From the NCBI GenBank assembly GCA_027923505.1, contig BROI01000014.1:744001-808000 (forward strand): a DNA stretch of 64,000 bases, read 5' to 3'. The DNA comes from Mayamaea pseudoterrestris (Eukaryota). Below, one piece after another: positions 24,007-35,300 of the stretch. A program made the position numbers and the translations under genes. The notes beneath the pieces are model-generated. The model saw nothing but the letters and a program-made list of their open reading frames with translations, searched no databases and was not told the origin of the DNA. Each line of letters starts with the position of its first letter. Position 1 is the first letter of the stretch.

Positions 24007-25185
24007 TTAACCAGAAGTAAAAAACCGAGGAGTCTTTGGTTTCACGCCCTGCTTAAAGTATGCATGCTCTAGCGCATCCTTGGCAGACACTCTTTGGTTC
24101 GGGTCCAGAGCCAAAAGCTTGCTCAATAAACCATATCCCTGGCTATCCAGGAAGCAATGGTTCGACTTGACTGCCACTCCTACTGGAAAGCGCTTTGGTA
24201 AGGTAGCATCCTCCGGCTTGCGAGGCTTCCAACGCAGCAACCCTGCATTTGGTAGCTTATCAAAATCAGGCCACGAGCTGGAATCAGGTGTTCCAACCAG
24301 CTCAAAAATTTGGTCAATCTGGTCGAGCTCGCTTTGTCCTTCAAACAATGGCGCCTTGGCAATGAGTTCGGCAAAGACGCAACCAACGCTCCAAACATCC
24401 ACCTTGGCGGAATACTTATCCTCGCCAAATAACAATTCGGGAGCGCGATACCAAAGAGTGCATACCAAAGCAGTTAACTCGCGCGTCTGTGGTGTTTCAT
24501 ACCGCCTCGCTGATCCAAAGTCGGCCAGGGCTATCCGTCCAGAACCATGCACCAAAATGTTGGATGTTTTTATGTCACGGTGCAAGTACCAGTGTTCATG
24601 GGTGTATGCCACAGCAGCGAGTATCTGCTGCAATATGCTTTTAAGCTCCGACTGAAAAAGTGCGCCTTCAAATCGGTCGAGTCCGTCCTTGAGGTCAAAC
24701 TCAAAGTAATCCATTACCATGTACACTTGGTCGACTCCATCTCCAACGACCATTTCTCGAACTGAAACAATGTTTTCATGCGCTAAATCCAATAGACAAG
24801 TAATTTCGCGTAGAGCTGCAACTGGAAAGCCTTCCGTGAGCTTTTCATTGTGAAACTTGATTTGCTTCAAAGCGACAATTGCTTCTTCATTATTGGTCTC
24901 ATTGTTTGACACCGACGTGCAGGAAAGGTCGCGCGCCTTCCAAACAATGCCAAAGGTCCCTTCCGAAACTCGCGAAATTTGCTCGTAGCTAGAGTAGACG
25001 GAGCGACAGCCATGCAAGAGGGGATTGTGAAGCGTGACATTGTGAGTAGCAGTGGAGGTATGTGGTTCCTGCTTCTCAGTGATGGTCGCCACTGGTTTGC
25101 TGCTGGCAGGAGAGCGTTTTATTGGAACTTTTGGCTTTTGAGAATCTTCGTCTGAACTCGAATCCCATCGGTCGCGCTTTCCCAT
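24007..25185 (-). CDS. Cyclin-dependent kinase, CDK11/CDKG-like
   Basis: EGTFGIVW, VALKQIK, GFPVAALREI, HRDIKTSN, DFG, TLWYRAPE. Confidence 0.9.
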   Translation of the reverse strand: MGKRDRWDSSSDEDSQKPKVPIKRSPASSKPVATITEKQEPHTSTATHNVTLHNPLLHGCRSVYSSYEQISRVSEGTFGIVWKARDLSCTSVSNNETNNEEAIVALKQIKFHNEKLTEGFPVAALREITCLLDLAHENIVSVREMVVGDGVDQVYMVMDYFEFDLKDGLDRFEGALFQSELKSILQQILAAVAYTHEHWYLHRDIKTSNILVHGSGRIALADFGSARRYETPQTRELTALVCTLWYRAPELLFGEDKYSAKVDVWSVGCVFAELIAKAPLFEGQSELDQIDQIFELVGTPDSSSWPDFDKLPNAGLLRWKPRKPEDATLPKRFPVGVAVKSNHCFLDSQGYGLLSKLLALDPNQRVSAKDALEHAYFKQGVKPKTPRFFTSG

Positions 25186-25413
25186 CGTGTATGGCAAAGG
25201 CGTTGGTTAATGTCGTCCACCGTCCTATGCTTGTTCGGTCCGTGATGTTGTGACGGATGCATTTTCTCTGTCGCAACGAGTTTCGCTACGACAAAAAACT
25301 CTGAGTCACGCTTCGCAATCGCCAAATGAGGCCGACGGGCCGACGGAACATTCACTCGTTGATCGATTCCACGCGCACTTCATTAAACACGTATAGCTTC
25401 ACATACACAAAAC

Positions 25414-26487
25414 ATGTCGACCATTTACAACAGAATGCGGATAAGGCTTGTTTCAACAGGTTCGCTACTTCTCTTGGTATGGTGCTCCCAAAATCTGCTT
25501 TCGTTCCGGTTGGACAGGCTGCTCATGAACGCATCCAAGAACGCAGTCGCGACCTCGCGAACGACAAGCGCAACTGGTGCAGTTTACTCGAAGACAAACA
25601 CGGAAGAAGCTCTAGCATTCGTTCCGGTCTTTTACAATCTATTCGCTGCCAATAAAAGCGATAGTAGGCGCGTAAAGAGACTTGTGAATCGTCAACTTTC
25701 CATTCGATTACCGGAGCATCAAGTTTTCCTGCATTCGATTGGGTACCCAATACATATTGCAAACACGACATTGCTACAGCATCATAACGAAGGAAATGAA
25801 GTCCTAACGCTTCACTCACTCTGGGAGTACTGCAAAATCCAACCAGACGCCAGGGTGGTGTACCTGCACTCGAAGGGTTCCTTTCACCCAAAGGTGGAGA
25901 ATGACTTGTTGCGAGGTTTTTTGACTGCCGGTGCCCTGTCTAAGGAATGTTTGCACTTGCCAGATGCCTGCAACGTTTGTTCCTCCCGCATGTCACCAAT
26001 TCCGCATCCCCATACTCCCGGTAACATGTGGCTAGCAAGATGCCGATACGTTCGTCAGCTCATTGATCCACTCTTGTTTGAAGCCAAGATGCGGACCGTC
26101 TCTAGCATTCCCAAGCACACCAAGACTGAAGCATCGTATGGACTTGGTCGATATTCAGCCGAGCACTGGGTGCATTCGCATCCCTCCTGCAAGCCCTGCG
26201 ACTTGAGCGACGATTCAAAATACAGGTGGGCCTATCACAATGTTCCATCAAGCAAGTTTACCAAGAAGCTGAGCATGGCGCCACGTTTCAATCGAAGCGT
26301 GTTTGCGCCACAGCGTCCTCCCAGACGGTGGATAAAGAATGGGAAGAATAGAACGTCGTTGCCCGTTGTACAAATTGGGCTGTCGGTCAATGATCGCATA
26401 GTTGAGTATCAGGAACTATATAATGAGAGCCCAGCAAAGGATTGGTGGGGTTGGCAGTTTTATAGCCTTGAAGAGGCAGTGTTATGA
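25414..26487 (+). CDS. Hypothetical type II membrane protein, possibly glycosyltransferase-like
   Basis: 357-aa ORF with N-terminal hydrophobic segment; motifs VYLHSKGS, GNMWLARC, GRYSAEHW. Confidence 0.6.
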   Translation: MSTIYNRMRIRLVSTGSLLLLVWCSQNLLSFRLDRLLMNASKNAVATSRTTSATGAVYSKTNTEEALAFVPVFYNLFAANKSDSRRVKRLVNRQLSIRLPEHQVFLHSIGYPIHIANTTLLQHHNEGNEVLTLHSLWEYCKIQPDARVVYLHSKGSFHPKVENDLLRGFLTAGALSKECLHLPDACNVCSSRMSPIPHPHTPGNMWLARCRYVRQLIDPLLFEAKMRTVSSIPKHTKTEASYGLGRYSAEHWVHSHPSCKPCDLSDDSKYRWAYHNVPSSKFTKKLSMAPRFNRSVFAPQRPPRRWIKNGKNRTSLPVVQIGLSVNDRIVEYQELYNESPAKDWWGWQFYSLEEAVL

Positions 26488-26960
26488 ATGGTTGTACATA
26501 GCGGCAGCTGACTGACGAAGAATTTGACTTTGCTATGATTTTTTCGGGCCAAGCAGACACAGAATTTACTCCTTGCTCTGTAACCTATGAGCCTCCATTG
26601 ACGCAATATAAAAGATGTTCGTTCGCTGTACTCTACTGATTGTAGATATATCGCCTTGTCGCAGATACGGCACAGTCCTACCTAACTACCTATGGTCCAA
26701 GTACACTTTGTACCAAGAGGACGTTGTCGTGCGTCGTACCGATACTGAACAAAACCAGTGTGACAAGCATGAATTTTCAAATTGCCGTCAACCACTCCGG
26801 AAGCGTGACCACACGATTGCGCGTCGATCACTTCTTTCCTTCTGACCAGGACCGATCCGCCAGAACTTGCTGTTGGTTCGGTAGTCGATTCTACAAGGAG
26901 TAAGACGTTAAGCGCTCTCTGTAAGCATACAGTTGCATTGATCGATACAAGTCTTGCACT

Positions 26961-29900
26961 ATGATTTCATCGGCTCGCGTCGGTCTGCGCCGCACCTTGT
27001 TCGCTCGCGTCACTCGCCGCGGAATAGTCGTCGCCTCGTCGTCGCGCAGCAAACTTCTTTCGCGCGTTGCATTCAAAGATCAGCAGTGCCTGGCCTACAG
27101 CACGGAAAAGATTTTGGAGCTTCGTGGAGCAGCGCAAGGAACAAAGACACTTTACAACTCGAACGATGAAAAGGAGAATTGTGGTGTCGGTTTGATCGCC
27201 TCCTTGAAGTCAGTTCCAAGCCGGAAGATTGTCGAGCGAGCGGATGAAATGCTTGTTCGCATGGCTCATCGCGGCGGATGTGGCTGCGATCCTGCCTCTG
27301 GAGATGGTTCCGGTGAGTTGACAGTTGACGATTAACTCATATGGCTTTTGTTCTGGTCATGTTTCTGCGTAAAGTGACATGCGATAACGTGTCATTCGTC
27401 ACTCACTCACCTTGCTTCAACCTCAGGCATGCTGTTTGGAATGCCTGATTCTTTCATGCGCTCCAAGGCCAATGAACTTTTTGGTGAGGAACTTCCTCCT
27501 TTTGGAGAATACGCCGTCGCAAATGTTTTCTTTCCGCCCGGTTCAGAGACGAACGGTGTCATGGCTGACTGCAAGAAATTTGTTGATCGCTTGGTGAAGA
27601 ACTCTCGTCACAAAGTGCTTGGCTGGAGACCAGTACCGGTCGACAATTCCATGCTTGGAAAAGATCCGCTCGACTCGGAGCCAATCACGCAGCAGCTCTT
27701 TGTCGTCAACAAGCGCAAGATTCCAAAACGTGCGTTTGAGCAAGACTTGTTCAAAATTCGCAAAATGGCGGAAGAGGAAGTTACAAACATGCTTGGCGCC
27801 GAGTCTGGTTTCTACGTTAACTCACTCACGTCGCAGCACATTACCTACAAGGGACAATTGACACCGGAACAAGTCTCGCAGTACTACTTGGATCTGCAGG
27901 ACCCCGCCTTTATATCGCACTTGGCGCTTGTTCATTCGCGATTTTCAACCAACACGTTTCCGTCGTGGGAGCGCGCGCAGCCGATTCGCATGATGTGTCA
28001 CAATGGAGAAATTAACACACTGCGCGGAAACAAGAATTGGATGTACAGTCGAGGTGGAATCATGGAGTCGCCCATTTACAAGGATGACACGACGCATCTA
28101 TTGCCCGTGACGAGCGATAATATGAGTGACTCGGGTAACTTTGACAGTGTCTTGGAGTTGCTGACCAAGGCATCGGATCGTCCTTTGCCGGAAGCCGTCA
28201 TGATGATGATTCCTGAGGCATGGCAAGATAATGATAATCTAAGTGATACAAAGAAGGCGTTTTACGAATATAATTCATGCGTGATGGAGCCTTGGGATGG
28301 CCCGGCCATGGTGGCTTTTACCGATGGACGATACATTGGTGCAACTCTGGATCGAAATGGACTGCGACCGTCACGATATTACGTGACTAAGGACGATCAC
28401 GTGTTGGTGTCGTCTGAAATTGGAGTATGCCCCGACTTGCCCGACTCGGAGGTCAAAATTAAACATCGTTTGGAGCCTGGAAAGATGTTCTTGGTTGATT
28501 TTGAGACGCAGCGTATTGTACCAGATGATGAAATTAAGGAGCAGATTGCGTCCATGTATCCGTATGCTGACTGGGTGAAGAGCGGTTTGCTCGACATTAC
28601 CAAATGGACAAAGGCTGCTGGAACTAAACCCGATCCTATGGATTACTCTACGACCAATCGCCGTTTGAACATGTTTGGATTCAGCACTGAGAAACTCGAG
28701 ATGCTGCTTGTACCAATGGGTGTCGGAGGAAAGGAGGCTCTGGGTTCCATGGGCAACGATGCCGCACTGGCGGTGTTATCAGAAAAGCCACGCCAAGTAG
28801 TCGATTATTTTAAACAGTTATTTGCGCAGGTAACCAATCCTCCTATTGATCCTATTCGCGAAGAAATTGTCATGAGCCTTGTCTGTCCGGTAGGGCCGGA
28901 AGGAAATTTATTGTCGACGCCAAGTGAGGACCACTGCAAGCGCCTGGTGCTTCGCGATCCTATTCTGTCGCTGGAGGAGATGAAAACATTAAAGAACAAT
29001 ACATTTAAGCGACTTGATGGTTCTATCGCTTTTGAAACGGCCGTGATTGACACGACATTTCCTGTTGGGTCTGGTGTCGAAGGTATGCTTCAGGCACTCG
29101 AGCGAATTTGCGATGAGGCGGCCGAGGCGATTCAGGGCGGTGTTGGTTCCAAGGGTGTGGAAGGTATCATTTTATCTGACCGGTTCGCTGGACCTGATCG
29201 TTTGAGTTTACCTACCCTTATGGCTGTTGGTGCTGTGCATCAGCACTTAATCAAAACGAAGCAGCGCCCTAAGGCTGCTATCTTTGCAGAGGCTGGTGAT
29301 GTGAAGGAAGTGGCTGATTTCGCCACAATTTTCGGTTTTGGTGGTGATGGTGTCTGTCCATACATGGCGTATGAAGCGCTTTGTAAATTGAACGAAGAAG
29401 GCATCGTGGAGGCGAAGGCTAAGGAAGAATTTTCTGACGCTCAAGTCATGAAGAATTACCGCAAGGCTGTCGCTAAGGGACTGCTGAAGGTCATGAGTAA
29501 GATGGGCATATCGACGCTGCAAAGCTACAAGGGAGCGCAAGTATTTGAAGCTGTAGGATTAGCTGATGAAGTTGTCGATCGATGCTTCACTGGAACGACA
29601 ACCCGCATTCAAGGTGCTGATTTTGAAGCAATATATCGTGATCTTGAACGATTCCATGAATCTGGATATCCGCAGCATAGGTCAGAGCTGGATGACCTTG
29701 TAAGGAGCGATGGTCAGCTCCATTACCGAGACGGAGGCGAAGCGCATCTGAATACTCCCTCGACCATGGTTAACTTGCAAATTGCGGCACGAACCAACTC
29801 TCGCGAGGCGTACAAGGAATTTGCTCGCGTTACAAACGAACAGAATAAGAAAGTTACACTCAGAGGACAACTTAAGTTCAAGTTTAATCCTTCCAATGCA

Positions 29901-31826
29901 GTCCCACTCGACGAAGTCGAACCAGTTAGTGAGATCGTCAAGAGGTTTGCAACTGGTGCCATGTCGCTTGGGTCGATCAGCCGAGAGGCGCACGAGACAT
30001 TGGCCATCGCCATGAATTCCATTGGCGGTCGCTCGAATACAGGTGAAGGAGGCGAAGACCCTATGCGGTTTCTCGACAACCGACGGTCTAGTATCAAGCA
30101 AGTTGCGTCGGGACGATTTGGCGTGACGTCGCATTATCTTGCCAACAGCGACCAAATTCAGATCAAAATGGCGCAGGGCGCAAAGCCAGGAGAAGGCGGC
30201 GAGCTTCCTGGTTTTAAGGTTTCGGACTACATCGCCGAGAATCGCCACACCACTCCCGGAGTTGGTCTCATTTCTCCTCCGCCACATCACGATATCTACT
30301 CCATTGAGGACCTTGCTCAACTAATTCATGATTTAAAAAATGCACAGCCACATGGCGAGGTTTCAGTTAAACTTGTTTCAGAGGTTGGAGTTGGTGTCGT
30401 GGCGGCTGGTGTCGCTAAGGCGTTGGCTGATCATATCACTATTAGTGGCCATGATGGAGGAACAGGCGCTGCCGTCTGGACGGCAATTAAGGGTGCTGGG
30501 CTTCCATGGGAGCTTGGTCTTGCTGAAACGCAACAGACTCTTGTGCTTAACGGTCTTCGCGATCGCGTCAAGGTGCAAACCGACGGACAGCTTAAGACCG
30601 GCCGAGATGTTGTAATCGCATGTCTGCTTGGCGCCGAAGAGTTTGGTTTTGCGACAGCTCCGTTGGTTGCCATGGGGTGCATTATGATGCGCAAATGCCA
30701 TTTGAATACCTGCCCTGTCGGTATCGCAACGCAGGACGAAGAGTTGCGTCGCAAATTTGCTGGTCAGCCAGAGCATGTTGTAAATTACTTCTTTTTACTT
30801 GCCGAGGAGGTTCGCGAAATAATGGCGAATCTTGGCTACCGCACCATGGAGGAAATGATTGGACAAACCCAAAATTTAGAGATGAACAGGAAGGGTCTGC
30901 ATTACAAGAGTCGGGGACTTGACCTGAGTCCATTGTTGACGCCTGCCTCTGAACTAAATCCATCAGCCGGCATTCGCAATTTGACAACCCAGTATCATGG
31001 ACTCGATATTGCGAAGGACAATGCTTTTATCGCTGCCGCGAAGGATGCACTTGAGAACAAGACCCCGGTTGTCATCGAGGACGAGTGCACAAACATAAAC
31101 CGAACAATGGGCACAATGTTGTCGTATGAAATATCTAAGCGATATGGGTCCGAGGGCCTACCTGACGACACAATCAAAATCAAGTTAAAGGGTCACGGCG
31201 GCCAATCCATGGCCTTTACTCTAGCCAAGGGAGTCACAATGACAGTCGAAGGTGATGCCAATGATTATGCCGGCAAGGGTCTGTCGGGCGGAAAGATTGC
31301 AGTCTACCCAGCGTCAAGTGTAATCGAAGACGGTTTCGTTCCAGAACACAACGTTGTCGTTGGGAATGTTTGCTTATACGGCGCGACAAGTGGAAAGGCC
31401 TTTTTTCGAGGTAAAGCTGGAGAACGATTTTGCGTCCGCAACTCTGGTGCGCTAGCAGTCGTTGAAGGTGTCGGTGACCACGGCTGCGAGTACATGACTG
31501 GAGGAGCCATGGTCTGTCTCGGGGAGACTGGCCGAAACTTTGCGGCAGGAATGAGCGGTGGTATCGCATACATTTACGATCCAGAAGGCAAATTCCCTGC
31601 CCGATGCAACATGGGACTTGTAGGCTTGGAAACAATTGAATCATCAGACGAGTCCGAGGAACTATTGAGCTACATCAAGGAGCACGTGGAAGTCACAGGA
31701 AGCACAGTTGGGCAAGAAATGGTTGAAAATTGGGATGTTCGTGTTGGTCACTTTATTAAGGTGATGCCGCATGATTTCAAGCGAGTGCTCATGGAGAAGC
31801 AAGCCTCAATCGCGGAGGCAGCTTAA
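26961..31826 (+). CDS. gltB: Glutamate synthase large (alpha) subunit, probably mitochondrial; 2 exons
   Basis: Arg/Ser-rich presequence, ENCGVG amidotransferase Cys, HSRFSTNT, QIKMAQGAKPGEGG, 3Fe-4S motif CIMMRKCHLNTC, GXGXG domain; intron 27313-27426. Confidence 0.95.
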
Positions 31827-32373
31827 ACGGCCGTTGTATAAATCTTGTAATAATCATTTCTTGTTACCATGGTCATTTCAGCTATTAATTACTCAAGCGA
31901 CTGGCATGCTTTAATGAATGACGAGCTATCCTGACTGTCTGTGTTTTAGTGCCCCATCCCTTGCTTGTCACTTCCGGTTGTTTCGGCTAGTAATTCCCTT
32001 GCGACTGGCATGCATGAATGACAAGGTGACTTGACGGTCTGTGGCACTGCCCCGCCCCTTGCTTGTCACTGCTGTAAAGTGTACCAGTAGGACATGTGAC
32101 AATGCTGCTTCTCCAGATGCAACTTTTATAGGCAGTAGGGCTGTGCAGTATAAAAACGAGCAGATCTACATTAATTTGTGTTGCCAAGATTGGCCATGTG
32201 AACTGCATGCACATTCCTTGCTTGGTAGGCTAAACTGGGCTCCTTGTAGATAAATGCAAGCTCAGTTTCACTTAAGAGCCTTTCTCTTAGGCACAGGGCA
32301 AGGTGCTGTGAGTTTGACTTTGACTTGGAGGAGTGGTTTCAGAGCTAAACACAATGGAGAGGAAAATTGATGG

Positions 32374-35300
32374 GTCAGGCTGTGCTACAAAATGGTATGC
32401 CTGGCTGGTGTCTCAGGAGATGGCAATGTGACTGGTGAGAAAAAGCCATGGATACACCCAGATTACACAAAAATTCTGCCAACATTGTTATTCAGGCTGC
32501 GCTACAAGATTGTTTGCCTGGTTGGTCTCTCTAGGGATGGCAATGTGACTGGTGAGAACATCTCACCAGTCTCAGCCCACAGATGCCTTGACTTTCAAAT
32601 GCCCCTACATCAAGCCATGGATAAACCCAAAGTCTTCAAGAATGGTGCCAACATCATATTTCAGGTGCGCTACAAGATGTTATGCCTGGCAGGTGTCTCA
32701 GGGGACGCAATGTGATTGGTGACAACTTGTCACCAGTCTCAGCCCGCAGATGCCACGACATTCAGACACACCTACAGCAGGCCCTGTAGGTGCCCAAATT
32801 ACACCAGAATGGTGCCAACATCATTTTTGAGGCTCCGCTACAAGATGGTATGCCTGGCTGGTGTCTCAGGGGTTGGCAATGTGACTGGTGAGAAGTTCTC
32901 ACCAGTCTTGGCCCGCAGATGCCGTGACATTCAAACGCCCCTACAGCAGGCCCTGTAGGTGCCCAAAATACACCAAAATGGTGCTAACATCATTTTTGAG
33001 GCTGCGCTACAAGATGGTAGTCTTGGCTGGTGTCTCAGGGGATGGCAATGCATTTGGTGACAACTTGTCACCAGTCTCAGCCCGCAGATGCCATGACATT
33101 CAGACACACCTACAGCAGGCCCTGTAGGTGCCCAAATTACACCAGAATGGTGCCAACATCATTGGTCAGGCTGCGCTACAAGATGGTAAGCTTGGCTGGT
33201 GTCTCAGGGGTTGGCAATGTATTTGGTGAGAAGTTCTCACCAGTCTTGGCCCGCAGATGCCGTGACATTCAAACGCCCCTACAGCAAGCCCTGTAGGTGC
33301 CCAAAATACACCAGAATGGTGCTAACATCATTTTTGAGGCTGCGCTACAAAATGGTAGGCTTGGCTGGTGTCTCAGGGGATGACAATGTATTTGGTGACA
33401 ACTTGTCACCAGTCTCAGCCCGCAGATGCTGTGACATTCAGATGCCCCTACAGCAGGCCCTGTAGGTGCCCAAAATACACCAGAATGGTGCCAACATCAT
33501 TATTCAGGCTGCGCTACAAGATGGTAGGCTTGGCTGGTGTCTCAGGGGATGGTAATGCATTTGGTGACAACTTGTCACCAGTCTCAGCCCGTAGATGCCA
33601 TGACATTCAGACACACCTACAGCAGGCCCTGTAGGTGCCCAAATTACACCAGAATGGTGCCAACATCATTATTCCTGCTGCGCTACAAGATGGTAGGCTT
33701 GGATGGTGTCTCAGGGGTTGGCAATGTGACTGGTGAGAAGTTCTCACCAGTCTCAGCCCGCAGATGCCGTGACATTCAAACGCCCCTACAGCAGGCCCTG
33801 TAGGTGCCCAAATTACACCAGAATGGTGCCAACATCATTATTCAGGCTGCGCTACAAGATGGTAGGCTTGGCTGGTGTCTCAGGGGATGGTAATGTATTT
33901 GGTGACAACTTGTCACCAGTCTCAGCCCGTAGATGCCATGACATTCAGACACACCTACAGCAGGCCCTGTAGGTGCCCAAATAACACCAGAATGGTGCCA
34001 ACATCATTATTCCTGCTGCGCTACAAGATGGTAGGCTTGGCTGGTGTCTCAGGGGATGGCAATGTATTTGGTGACAACTTGTCACCAGTCGCAGCCCGCA
34101 GATGCCATGACATTCAGATGCCCCTACAGCAAGCCCCATAGGTGCCCAAAATACACCAGAATGGTGCCAACATCATTATTCAGGCTGCGCTACAAGATGG
34201 TAGGCTTGGCTGGTGTCTTGGGGGATGGCAATGTATTTGGTGACAACTTGTCACCAGTCTCAGCCCGCAGATGCCATGACATTCAGACACACCTACAGCA
34301 GGCCCTGTAGGTGCCCAAAATACACCAGAATGGTGCCAACATCATCATTCAGGCTGCGCTACAAGATGGTAGGCTTGGCTGGTGTCTCAGGGGATGACAA
34401 TGTATTTGGTGACAACTTGTCACCAGTCTCAGCCCGCAGATGCCATGACATTCAGACACACCTACAGCAGGCCCTGTAGGTGCCCAAATTACACCAGAAT
34501 GGTGCCAACATCATTATTTGGGCTGCGCTACAAGATGGTAAGATTGGCTGGTGTCTCAGGGGATGGCAATGTATTTGGTGACAACTTGTCACCAGTCTCA
34601 GCCCGCAGATGCCATGACTTTCAAACGCCCCTACAGCAAGCCCTGTAGGTGCCCAAAATACACCAGAATGGTGCCAACATCATTTTTGAAGTTGAGCTAC
34701 AAGATGGTAAGCTTGGCTGGTGTCTCAGGGGATGGCAATGTATTTGGTGACAACTTGTCACCAGTCTCAGCCCGCAGATGCCATGACATTCAAATGCCCC
34801 TACAGCAAGCCCTGTAGGTGCCCAAAATACACCAGAATGGTGCCAACATCATTTTGGAAGTTGCGCTACAAGATGGTAAGCTTGGCTGTTGTCTCAGGGG
34901 ATGGCAAAGTATTTGGTGACAACTTGTCACCAGTCTCAGCCCGCAGATGCCATGACATTCAAATGCCCCTACAGCAAGCCCTGTAGGTGCCCAAATTACA
35001 CCAGAATGGTGCCAACATCATTATTCAGGCTGCGCTACAAGATGGTAGGCTTGGCTGGTGTCTCAGGGGATGGCAATGTATTTGGTGACAACTTGTCACC
35101 AGTCTCAGTCCGCAGATGCCATGACATTCAGACACACCTACAGCAAGCCCTGTAGGTGCCCGAATGGTGGCAACATCATTGGTCAGGCTGCGCTACAAGA
35201 TGGTAGGCTTGGCTGGTGTCTCAGGGGATGGCAATGTATTTGGTGACAACTTGTCACCAGTCTCAGCCCGCAGATGCCATGACATTCAGACACACCTACA

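Noticed and set aside
27543..31644. Antisense and alternate-frame ORFs inside glutamate synthase and other genes
   Set aside because: Shadow ORFs of real coding sequence.
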